A stretch of DNA of 54,897 nt from positions 775,003-829,899 of the forward strand of contig NW_014577078.1 in NCBI RefSeq assembly GCF_000485595.1, given 5' to 3'. How positions within the stretch are numbered: position 1 is the stretch's first letter; the number at the start of each line of letters is the position of its first letter. This DNA comes from Priapulus caudatus. Its lineage: Eukaryota. Shown one piece after another: positions 1-12,189 of this stretch. A program made the translations under genes and the position numbers. The notes under the pieces are model-generated. The model had not been told where the DNA came from, did not search any database, and was given only the letters and a program-made list of their open reading frames with translations.

Positions 1-1653
1 GGCTGTCGTGTGTGTGTGTGTGCGTGTGCTGTGTGTGCACGATAGCGCCACTTATATCGATCAAGAGCGTATGAAGAAAGGCCTTCGAAAAAAAGAAGAA
101 ATAAAAAGAGAAAGAAGAAAGAGATATAAAGAAGCCTTCTTTATACGCTCTTGATACGATACATCACAGCTGCTTTCTTATCTTTTTGTTGTAGTGGGGA
201 GTACTGGAGCCTTTTTCGAAGAGAGATGCGAAGAGATGAATTGAGCGAATGGAGCGATTCGTCGATAAGCCAAAGACTTGCGTCGGCTAGCGAAGCGTAC
301 GCCGGCACACCGACACACCGACCATGCACACAGCTCTCCGCGCTATCAATCTCCCAGTTTTCATTAGCTTCCACTAGAGCCGCAGAGAGGGCTCAGCCAC
401 GGTTCACACGCTCGCGACATACGGACATCTAAGCATTGTCGCGGCGTCTGCAATATTGATGTGGACCTCGTGCCGTCGCTGATATGTAGGCTGGGAGAAT
501 TCGACGCTGTGGATTATACCATGAATGGTTAAACGTGGAGCGCAATGAGCTGTCACCGCAATCGCTAATGGTATTGAGATTATCTCGACGGATTGATTAC
601 TGCGGTGAAATCGCCGCCCGGGAAAGAGTAAGATGTCACGACTTAATCGCAGTGAGGGGGATAGTGTGGCAATCAATGTGCAAGTGCGCGCGCGCGTGTT
701 GTACTGGTGTAATTGCTGTGCCAATGCGTGGGTTTGGGAGCGGCAGCCTCCTCGGTATCTCTATCAGCTCCCTCCAAATTCCACCACAAATATTGAGTAA
801 AAATAGTATGCTTGCTGTACAAGCGCAGCGTCGAGAGAAGTGCTCCCTCTTATAACCAATTCCCCCCCCCCTCCTAAGCCCCACCGCCCTCGTGTGTGTG
901 CGCCCGTGCGCGCGCGCGTGTGAGTGTGTGTGCGTGCGTGTGCGCGGGCGTGTATCTGATCATGTGCAAATGTCCAGCGCATGAGGGCGCCTGATATCAT
1001 GCTGTACAATACCATGGTGCTTCACTGAGCATCTCCCTCATCATAGATTCCACATCGCCCTGATTTTCCTTTCACCATAATTTACCACGCATCTAAATCT
1101 CCCTTTCGTCATAATTCTCCGCTCATCATACGTTTCCCCTTATCAGAGTTCACTCTCATTCTAGTACCCAATCATTCTAGTTTCCCATCAGCATAGTTTG
1201 TCTCTCATCATAGCTTCCTCTCAACCTACTTTCCTTCCTCTCATCCACATACACGTACTTTCCCCCTCATCTTACTTCCCCTCGTGTCTCTCTTCGTCTC
1301 TTTCTTTCGTATTTATGCAGCAATCACGGCACTGTATAGCATCACATCACGCGCATCATAACATCCTCGCTAGCCTGCTTCAGAACAAAAGAAGATACCA
1401 ATCTACCCCCCCATCTGAAGCCCTTGATGCATTGCACGACAGACCAGTCGGTTGGTCGGTCGGTCGGTCGGTCGGTCGGTCGGACGCGCGCGCGCATATA
1501 ATATTTTGTTATAACAACCTCCCCCACGCTCAAATACAACTCATGATGGCTGTTGCAAGTCTAGGCGCGGATCAGGCCACATACTATACGGCTACAGCCT
1601 TATATACACATACTATACGGCTACAGCGCCTTCTCAACACCACCAACACCGCC

Positions 1654-1706
1654 GCAGCAATTCCACATTAAGCAGCAATTCCACATGAAGCAGCAATTCC
1701 ACTGAA
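1654..1706 (+). repeat. 18-bp tandem repeat, 3 copies
   Basis: GCAGCAATTCCACAT(T/G)AA. Confidence 0.85.
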
Positions 1707-2824
1707 ATGCATAAATATGCATTATCGGCAGAAGGGGCATGCGATCTCCCAGCTGAAAGACCGTCAGCACACATTACTATGCCTTTTCACGACGTACTAA
1801 TATCGCATATCTTCTGGACGTGCAGCCTTCCAGCCTTATAACCAGTACACGTAGACCTATTGATGGTTTGATTGCACATGTGCCCTGTGTATAAGCATTC
1901 CCCCTTTTTTCACTCATTTCTCGTCGGCCATGTTTATCGACACGTCGTCGAATGCTCTGCGATTTTTCCTCGGGTTCTACAAGAAGCGGAAGTCGTGTTT
2001 ACGACAGCGCGTTTACACGGATACCCACTCTCTCCCGCTCAGAACACTTCAGCTACGTAGCTCCGAGACAAAGCCCTACGGTGGCATCGTATGACGGTGC
2101 CTGGGAACATTCGCAGCTGAGTTTCACTGAGATGTATGACACACGAGTAGCTGAAGAGCAGTGCCACGAACATGCAGTTATATATCTGCACACCGTGTAT
2201 ACGCTTCCCCGGGCATGCAAACCGACACGTTCACACGGGCGTACGTACATGCACAACGAGTAACTACACAAACACACACACACACACACACACACACCCA
2301 CACACGCACGCGCGCGCACGCACACACACATGCACGCACGCACGCGCACGCACATACACACACGTACACGCACGCACGCACGCACGCGCGCGCGAGTTCA
2401 CCTGATGCGTGAAAAAATTAATTAAAGCTGATGAAAAATCAAGCGCGCGATTGTGTAATTGAAGCGACAAAACGCCATCCTGCGTGAAGCGAGAACAAAG
2501 AGCAGCTAACATTTGTTAAAGGCAAGTAGAAAAGAACTGATCTATCAGATTGATGTTTTTTCCATAATTAAAAATGAGTAAATTGGCAGAAGCGGGATGC
2601 GTAGTGGGACGATGGGCGTAGCGGGGCGTGTGGCAACAGCAGCTGACGACAGTGGATGCTGCCGGTTAATTGCGAACCATTACTGACCATATCATTATGG
2701 TAGGCCCCTGATCACTGCGCCACGCCTACACCATAATTACTATTATTAATTACACATTGAATGAAATCGCAGAGCGCCAACAAACGTGAAGCTGCAACAG
2801 TGCTGTGTGAGAGAGAAGAGAGAG

Positions 2825-2862
<38 letters not shown>

Positions 2863-4699
2863 CGAGAGAGCGAAGGGTAGGCGGACAATGGCCAGAGACG
2901 ATTACCAAAACTGAGGAACGAACAAAGTGGCATCGAGAAGGACAAGCGCAACAAGACGATCCGCCATGGAGTATACAACTGAACGTATATTGCAACCATC
3001 AGAGGCCCAGCATATCGCAAGCGCCGAATGGATGAGAAACGGAGAGGAGAAGAGCAATAGCAACTGCAAGAGCCGGAATCCGCCGATCTAGAAAAAGAAC
3101 GAGCGGCCGTAGGAACGGCGGAAAGAGCGCTGAGAAAACTAGACGCTGAAGCTAAATGAACGGAAGCACGAGCCAATCTAGAAATACACACAGAGAGGGG
3201 GAGAGATTAGGAGCAGAGCAAGCAGACGAGAAAGGAGGAGCGAGGGCCCTGAGAGAGAGAGGGAGCGGAGGTGAGGAGGAAAGGAGGGAGGGAGAGAGGG
3301 AATGAGGGAGGCGAGGAGGCTGAGCCGAGGGAGGGAAGGTAGCGAGGAGGCGAGGGAAGGAGGGAGGAGAAGAAGGAGCGAGGAAGGAAGGTTGAAAATA
3401 AAATCGAAAGAGATGCGAAGAGATGAATTGAAGCGAATTGTAGCATTCCGTTCTTATATATCTCAAAGACTCTGTGCCGTCCGCTAGCCCGACAGACGTA
3501 CGCCTGGCACAACGACACACCGACCATTTGCACGACACCTGCCCGCCGCTATCAATCTCCCAGTTTTCATTAAGCTTCCACTAGCAGGCCGCCAACGAGG
3601 ACGCTCAGCCACGGTTCACACTGGCCTCGCCGACATACGGACATCTAAGCATCTGCGCGCGCGTCGGCAATATTGATGCACCTCGCTGCCCGTCGCCCTG
3701 CATATGTAGCTGGGAGAATTCGACGCTGTGGATCTAGACCATGAATGGTTAAAACGTGTGACGCAATGAGCTGTCACCGCCCAATCGCTAATGCGTATTA
3801 GATGTATCTCGACCGATTGCATTACTGCGGTGAAATCGCCCCGCGGGAAGATAAGATTGTCACGACTTAATCGCAGATGAGGGATAGTGTGCAATCAATG
3901 TGCAAGTGCGCGCGCGCGTGTTGTACTGTTAATTGCTGCGCCAATGCGTGGGTTTGGGACCGGCCAGCCTCCTCGGTTCATTCTCTATCAGCTCCCTCAA
4001 ATTCCCCACAGACTATGCGAGCTAAAAACTAGTATTGCATTGCTGTACAAAACGCACGTCGAGAAAGCTCCTCCCTCTTATACACCAATTCCCCCCCCCT
4101 CTAAGCCCCACCGCCCTCGTGTGTGTGCGCCCGTGCGCGCGCGTGTGTGCAGTGTGTCGCTGCCGTGCGTGTGCGCGGCGTGTATCTGCATCATGTGCAC
4201 AAGTGCAGCGCATGCAGCGGCCCGGCTGATATCTTGCCTGTACAATACCATCGTGCTTCACTGAGCTATCTCGCCGTCATCATAGATTCCCCACGCCCTA
4301 ATTTTCCTTTCACCATAATTTACACGCATCTAAATCTCCTTTCGCATAATTTCCGCTCATCAATACGTTTCCCTTATCAGAGTTGCACTCTGCATTCTTA
4401 TACCCAATCATTTCAGTTTCCCCATCAGGCATTAGTTTGTCTCCTCATCATAGCTTCCTCTCAAGCTACTTTCCCTTCTTACTCATCACATACACGTACT
4501 TTCCCCTCATCTGTACTTCCCCTCGTGGTCTCTCTTCGTCTCTTTCTTTCGTATTGTATTGCAGCAATCACGGCCCACTGTAAGCATCACATCACGCATC
4601 CATAACATCCTCGCTAGCCTGCTCAGCAAACAAAAGGAAGATACCCAATCTACCCCCCCCCCCATCTGAAGCCCTGAGCAGTAGCACGACAAGACCAGC

Positions 4700-5212
4700 T
4701 CGGCTTGGTTCGTCGGTCGGTCGGTCGGTCGGTCGTCGGCGTCGGCTCTTGGTCGGGGCGGGCAGTCGCCCGTCGCTCGGCGTCGCGTCGGTCGGTCGTC
4801 TGGTCGCGTCGGATCGGTCGTCGGTCGGTCGTCGGGCGGCGGTCGGTCCGGCTCTCGTCGTCGGTCGCATCGCGTCGGTCGGCTCGCCGTCGGTCGGCTC
4901 GGTCGCGGCCGCGTCGGTCGGTCGGTCGCTCGGCTCGGTTCGGTCGGTACGCTCGCCGTCGCCGCGGTCGCCGTCGGCGGTCGCCGCGTTCGCCCTCGGT
5001 CGCGTCGCGTCGCCTCGGTCGGTCGCTCGGCGGTCGGTCGCCGGCTCGGCGCGCCGCGTTCGGCTCGTTCGTCGGTCGGTCGGTAAAGCCCGTCGTCGGT
5101 CGCGTCGGTCGTCGTCGCGTCGTCGTCGTCCCGTCGGGGCGGGGGGGTTCGGTCGGTCCGGCGTTCGGTCGCCGTCGTCGTCGCCGCTTGTCGGTCGGTC
5201 GACAGTCAGTCA
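4700..5212 (+). repeat. Degenerate (GTCG)n microsatellite
   Basis: Corresponds to the short clean (GGTC)n at 1447-1483 in the first repeat copy. Confidence 0.8.
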
Positions 5213-5246
5213 GTCACCTTGACAGACACGCGGAAAGCCAGCCAGA

Positions 5247-5271
5247 NNNNNNNNNNNNNNNNNNNNNNNNN
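5247..5271. other. Assembly gap (25 N)
   Basis: N run. Confidence 1.
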
Positions 5272-8200
5272 AGCGATCGCGCAGAAAAGGAAGAAGTGTG
5301 GTGTGTGTGTGTGAGTGTTGTTGTGTGTGGAGGATGACGACTGGCGAATGGTGGCTGATGTGTCAGATGTGTGTTTTCGTGCGTGCGATGCGAGTGAGTG
5401 CGTTCGCGCGAGAGTGCGTCGCGGCTGACGACCGTGCGAGGGAGACGTGTGTGCCGTGACGGATGTGTGTGTGCGCTCCGCGGCGGCGGTGTATGTGTTG
5501 AGGAAGAGAGAGAGCAAGAGAGAGAGAGAGAGAGAGAGAGAGACGAGAGGAGAAGAGAGAGAGAGGAGGTATGGGGGAACGGAGAGTGACAAGACCAAAC
5601 TGAGAACGAAACAAGTGGAATCGGAGAAGGAAAGCGAAACAAGAGATCCGAGGAGTATACATACTGAACGTATATTGCGAACCATCCAAGCAGCATACGA
5701 ACGGCAAGACGACGATGAACGAGAGGAGGGAGAGAGCATAGCCAATGCCAAGAGCGAATCCGCGATCTAGAAAGAAACGAGGGGGCGTTAGAAGACGGGA
5801 GAGGGCGTCGAGAGAAACATAGAGTGAAGCCTAAATGGAGTGAAGCAGAGCCAGATCTAGAAAGACACACACGAAGGGGACGGAGGGGGAGATAGAAGAG
5901 CAAGAGAGGAGAAAGGAGAGGAGAGAGGGCGTAAAGAGAGCAGGAAGCGGGAGGGAGCGAGAAAGGAGAGGGAGAGAGCGGAAATGAGGGAGGGAGGAGG
6001 GAGGAGAGGGAGGCGAAGGAGGGAAGGGAGGGAGGGGAAGAGGGAGGGAGGAAGGCAAAGGGGGAGGAGAGAGGGAGAAGGTTGTAAAAATAAAATGAGG
6101 AGAGATGCGAAGAAGGAATGAATATTGAGTGGGAAATGGACCGATTCGTCACGATAAGCCAAGGATTGCGTCGCTCAGCGAAGGAGAGTACGCCGGGCAC
6201 ACCGACACACGGACGTGAACACCAGCTCTCCGCCGCCTAATCAAGGCTCCCAGTTTTCATTAGCGTCCACTAGACCGCAGAGAGGCGCAGCCACGGTTCA
6301 CACCGCCTCGGACGACATACGGAATCTAAGCATTGTCCGGCGGTCTGCAATATTTGATGTGGACCTCGTGCCGTCGACTGATATGTAGGCTGGGAGAATT
6401 CGACCGCTGTGGATTGTAACCATGACAATGGTTTAAACGTCGCTGAGCGCAATGAGTGTCACGCGCAATCGCTAATGGTATTGAGCTTTTATCTCGCGGA
6501 GGATTACTGCGCCGTGAAATCGCGCGCCCGGCGAGAAAGCGTAAAGATGTCACGACGTAATCGCAAGGAAGGCGGATAGTGTGGCCCAATCAATGTGCAA
6601 AGTGCCGGGACTGCGCGGTTGTACTGGTTAATTTGCTGTGCCAATGCGTTGGGTTTGGGAGCGGCAGCCTCCTCGGGACCTATCTCTAATCAGCTACCCT
6701 CCAAATTCCAGCCACAAATATTGAGTAAGATTAGTAAAAATGCTATGCTGCTACAAAAACAGCGCACGAAAGGTCGAGAAGAAGTGGTCACACTCTTATA
6801 AAACCAAATTCCACCTCCTAAAAAGCCCACCGCCCTCGTCGAAGAAAGAACAACGAAGAGTGTGTGCCGCCCGTGTGCGCGCGGCATAGTCGTGCAGTGT
6901 GTAGGTGGCGTGGAGGGACGCGGCGAGACGGGATCGTGCGCTTGGTGTCGGAGAGCGATGTATCCTGACATCATGTGCGAAATGTAGGCAGCGCCATGAA
7001 GGGCGGCCTGAATATCTTGGACTGTGAACAATACCATGGCTGTTCAACTGAGCATCGCTCCCTGCAGATGCGATAGGATTCCCATCGCCCTAATTTGCCT
7101 TCACCATAAGTTAACACACGCATCTAAAGTCGATCCCTAGTTACGTCGAGTAATTATTTCCGCTCCATCATACGTTTCCACTTATCAGAGGCTGTCACTC
7201 TCATCTCTGAGTACCAACATCATTACTAAGTTTCCCTCCAAGATCCTGATCATTAGTTGTTGTCGTCTCAGTACTAGAGAGCATGCTGAGTACGAAGGAA
7301 CCTATTGAGACCTCCTCTCATCCAGCATGCTGATCTGCTCTCGACTCTGCTTTCCCCTGCAATCTGTGACTTACCCTCGTGTCGTCTCTTGTCTCATTTC
7401 GTATTCGTAATCGTGTAGATGCAGCCAATCCAGCGGACAAGCAGAGCAGGGAAGTTTTTGCTGCGATGCGAGCCGCCTGGCAGACGCGCTGATCGTTGCT
7501 AAGCTGTGATTCATCACTAACACATGCTCTAAAGGCATCTAGCGTTGTTACGCAGCTGTAAGATATCTGGCTGGTTGGTCCATCTCGCAGCATTTATGTG
7601 GATCAATTTATACACGCACGCGCGCACACCCGCTCACACGCACGCACGCGCACATGCTAGCGCGCATACACATACACACACGCATATACATACACATATT
7701 TCTACGCACCGCTTAGATTTCGTACATTCGATTTCGCCGAAAATGTACATGCCTGGCGTATCACTATTAGACATAAGAGGCCGGCTTCTACGACTAAAGG
7801 CGATAAGAATATGTACGTCGTACTCGTCCCGCGACATAACTGGCCGCCACTGAACTGAATAATGTTATCGTATGTGTAGCTGTGAATGGTCGTATCTATG
7901 CTACCAGGGGTTAATAATGACAAATTTGTCATTATATTAAATTTGTCATTAAATTACGCTCCTGATACTACGTGCTACGATGTATTATCTAGCAATACGT
8001 GCCATCTATAGGTGCCTCCATTGGAATCAAGCGTGCTCCTTTCACCGTCAGCATAACACACGTATTACAGCCACATGTTTGCTCAGCCTTCACACGCGCC
8101 TCGGTCCAATTTCGAAGTTCATCAGGTTTTGTGTTATAGCGCGAAAACATTGTTAGCATCGATTGATATTGCGTCTATAGATAGATCGCAGCCGGGATAG

Positions 8201-9180
8201 CGGCCATCCACTCAGCTAGCGAGCAGTTCCCCTCCGTCGACGACTGTTTCTCAGTCGATGTCTTATCATATTCTTGGTTTCAGCTAACTTATCTCTCGGC
8301 CACAGATAGTGGCGCCATTTCTCGTCTTCTTATCAACTTTTGAGAGATGCCACGCTCGCTATTCCTCGTTTCTCTCTTCCATACAAGCATCCTGCTCTGC
8401 GCTTTTACACTACCCCAATTTTCCACCATCATCTTCCTATATCATCTTCTCCACCCCTTTTCTACTACCCTAATATCTCTTAATCTCCCTTTCTTCTCTA
8501 CCATAACCCTCTCTCCTTTCTTCTTTCTTGTCCTCTCCTCACCGCCCATATATTTCTCTCGCGCCTCATATCCGCTTATTTCTGCCTCTCCGTCTTTACC
8601 GACCACTTTCGCCGTCCCGTACTTCATGCCCCTACTCTATTATCTTTTTATCACCCATTTCCCTCACTCGTCCGTTCATTCTCTCCACCTCTCGCCGTCC
8701 TCTTTCTTCGCTCTCTATTCCTATCTCGCGCCGATACATCGCCGCCATGCAGCGGTGTGTGATCGATGTTATCCCGCGCAGCAGACGACCGTGCGTGCGC
8801 GGCGGAGGCGGTTACGCAGACGCTTAGCGCCCCGTTCAACTGACGACTGCAACTTTAATTCGGTCGCTTTGTCGTCGGCTCGAGTAGGCCACGGCGAGGT
8901 GCCGTGTGGCGCAGCAAACGACAGCTATTGTGAGGACGGCTCGTAATTAATGACGTTCATCGTCGCTCCTCCTGCTTCTTATCTGCGGTCGTCTTTCGCC
9001 GCCTCGCTGACGATTCCGCTCGATTCTGCTCGCGGCGCGAGGGCGCGCAAAGCATTAACGCTGGTGATGGCGAAAATGTTTTGGTTAATCGCAGCGCAAA
9101 CAAGATAGTGGAAACGTTAATGTGAGGGATTCTACGTTAAAGGTTAGTTTTATTAATCTCTACCGACGCACACGCACACA

Positions 9181-9255
<75 letters not shown>

Positions 9256-12189
9256 CGTTGCGAACACAGACACCTAGTGTAACAGGCGGTGTGTGCAGCG
9301 CTGGTCGCAAAATGCCCCCACCCCCAATCTCGCTCTTGAACTTGCCGAACGTCTACGAACTTGTCGAAGTTAATTAACTTTTAGTTTTTGTAGCAATTAA
9401 GCTTCGTTTTTGTTAACTTTTCACGTAGTAAATTTCAAACAATAATTTACGGCCGAGTTAATAGGTTGATGATGCGTTTAATTCGGAAACAACATGGGTA
9501 ATGTTACCTTGGCGCAATCTGACACGCTCTGATGCCGAGACAACATGTAACGATTGCGTGGTAAGTGCTACAGCCATCCTCAAGCGAGTAACTAAACATG
9601 TATTCAACAATAATACTTAACTTTTGTCAAGACTCGAGTGCTAGTGTCGATATAAGAGGAGCTTATAAGGATAGGTAAAAGCTATAAGATTAGCTTGGCG
9701 CGTTAGTTTGCAGTGCTCTCTAGTATTCTCTAGTACAATGGCGAGTGTGCACTAAACCTATTTTTGATGTAGAATCAAATTTGCAGCCCGTATATACGGG
9801 CTAAAAGATTAGGACAACTAGAATTCGGACAAACTTAGACTCTACTGTGATTAGCTGTCTATACGTAACACCAGGAGTGAAGAAAAAGAAATGTGATTTT
9901 ATTCATTCTTGCTAACATGATTAAACAGACACAGCTAATGCATATTTAAACACAGGTCCTGATTGATTAGTTAGCAAAACCCCGAGTGTAACCAAACACT
10001 GGGCGGAACAAACCAGGTTCTCTCTCAACAGAGCATCGATCTCCTCATTGCTGATACTAGTTTCTTTCGAATCGTGTCGCATGATATGGATCCACTGTTA
10101 TAATAATTACACTCGCCGAAAAAAAACCGGATAATACTTGCATGCCGCCGACCTGAAGTGAAGCAATCTTCGAATGTAACGCGACGGAAGGAAGGTAACA
10201 TAACCTATACGATACGTGTACGAGCGAGTACGAGCGTGTTTGCAATCATGAATAACCAACGACGAAATGAGCGATTTGGAATATTTCCACGTCATCCATA
10301 CGCGACCGTCTGCCCCGGTTCCTCTGATGCTACGCACGTGTCGCAAGTGAAAGGGACGAATTTTGCATTTTTGAATTCTAGGACCTTTCTGTTACACGAA
10401 ACTCTCTGCTTGTGTTAAAACTCTCTGCTTACTCTCTGCTCTTGATTGTAATAATGTTAATTTAATGCGCACAGGGTTTGCTTCGCCACCATTCAGGTTT
10501 CGACAAGGTTGACCGGACAGGTTGGACCGTTTACACATCCATCAATAAAACATTGTCCACCAAGGTATGATTAAACTTTAAGAGCCAGTCGCAAACGCGC
10601 AGATTTCATGTTGTTACAGCGAGCCGTATGCTTGGTATCCGAAATCTCTGACCTGGCTACGAAACGGGGTTACCGAGCATGCGCAGTGGAATTGCCAAAT
10701 TGGCTTATGATTAATAAATTGAGAATTACCAGCGCCTTCTTTTTGCGAAAGCGTCGGATTGAGGAAGATCTACAAATTACCGTGCGTGCACAGTGCTTTA
10801 TTATTAATCAAAGCGTTGCTAGCAGCCGGTATCGTTACAACGCCGAGTCATTGTTCTCGCGCTCGGCAAATGCGCCCCGCATTTACTAAAATAAATATAC
10901 ATAAAAATAACTATACGTAAAAATAACTAACGCTAACTTATGACGCGTCGTGTCGTGGAGCTGATGTTTGTTACGAAAACTAAACAATTCTGCCTTCGCC
11001 TTGGAAGTACAGCGCCAAAACACCAAGCGGAATAAAGCTCGAGCTTCCGGAAATCCGCGACAACAGTGACGGCACCTCTATCCTTCTCATTCCGCTTCTC
11101 GATGGCAACAGTAATAAGGCCTGCAAAAGGACTGTAAAGTGGGCCTAGTACTCCGACATTGAAAGGACCTTCAAGTGTACCCTCTATTCTACCAGTTAAG
11201 ATGATCCATTTAACTTGCCCAGAAATAAAAGTCGTGGGCATGCATACATCCCATAGAGCTGTGTGGCACAGCTCTCTCGTTTCTGTGTGGTTACAGTGGG
11301 CATACGTCCAGTACAGCTAATATAATACTCATGTTCTTCTATGTTGATATTAAAGGAGAATAATCCATGAAAGATTTCTGATTGTATGCAGGGTTAGGCC
11401 TGCGTAGTCGCAGGTAAGGTCTACACTAGATGGTGCTATGGCCCAAGTAATGATTTTGCTCACGCTAGACAATTAGTTAAGAATTTACAATAATTATTTT
11501 AGAATCTTTCTTTTATTTCTTTTATAATTTAAAACTTCTGGTGTACATCAAAAGATGATGAATCATTCATTACGTGTTGTAGGCATTTAATTATTCGTTG
11601 GCAGGGTTCATTTATTCTGCGCTGGGGGTTCTTCCTAATTTTCTTCCACAAACATTTCGTATCCCCAAGGCCTAAAATTAGAATTTCAAAACGACGACCA
11701 AGTTGGAAATCTCTTCGAAGTACAAAAGCGCGGAGGCATCTGAAAGGCACCGCGCTATTTCCTAATTAAACACCTAATTAAATATACCATCATTATTTAA
11801 ACTTTCTCCGATATATATACATACGCGGTCTAAATATGAAATACATAATTATGACTCAGTTACGCAAGTATTCCTCCATGTTTATAACAATCCCCTATTA
11901 TTCCCCCACTGAATGCGGCTATAGACAAATCCACAGGTACCGCGCGTGCCTTTTTCATGTTACAGCCACAGTGCATCCACGAAGGGAATGAAGGCGACTA
12001 GCCCGACCTAAAAAATTATTGCAAGAAATACCCTATAGAACATAGGATGACCTCGCGTTCGCGCCTCCCAATACAAGCTACAAGCAATGTACGGCATGTT
12101 GCATGAAAACCAACTCCCAGCTTCTTATGATGGTGAACGCAGTTTTAAAAACGAGTACTAGTAGTTGAGTATTAAGAAGCTTCTCAGAG

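Larger units (their letters stand above)
219..7420 (+). repeat. About 3 tandem copies of a ~3.2-kb non-coding unit (shared block starts ~219, ~3408, ~6100); later copies are indel-rich
   Basis: Colinear blocks such as CTCCCAGTTTTCATTA, GCTGGGAGAATTCGAC and CAATGTGCAA recur three times. The 2800-3400 block recurs at 5480-6100. Confidence 0.9.

Noticed and set aside
2150..2200. Hammerhead-like CTGAAGAG...CGAAC with a downstream hairpin
   Set aside because: The GAAA core is incomplete and stems I and II are not convincing. CTGATGAGAAA near 34808 likewise lacks stem II.
4592..6200. Arg/Ser- and Leu/Ser/Pro-rich ORFs up to 328 aa
   Set aside because: They are translations of (GTCG)n and GA-rich tracts, and some cross an N gap.
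9785..9802. 18-bp palindrome AGCCCGTATATACGGGCT (and the hairpin near 11253-11277) as further mini-elements
   Set aside because: Neither has a flanking direct repeat or complete CA...TG ends.
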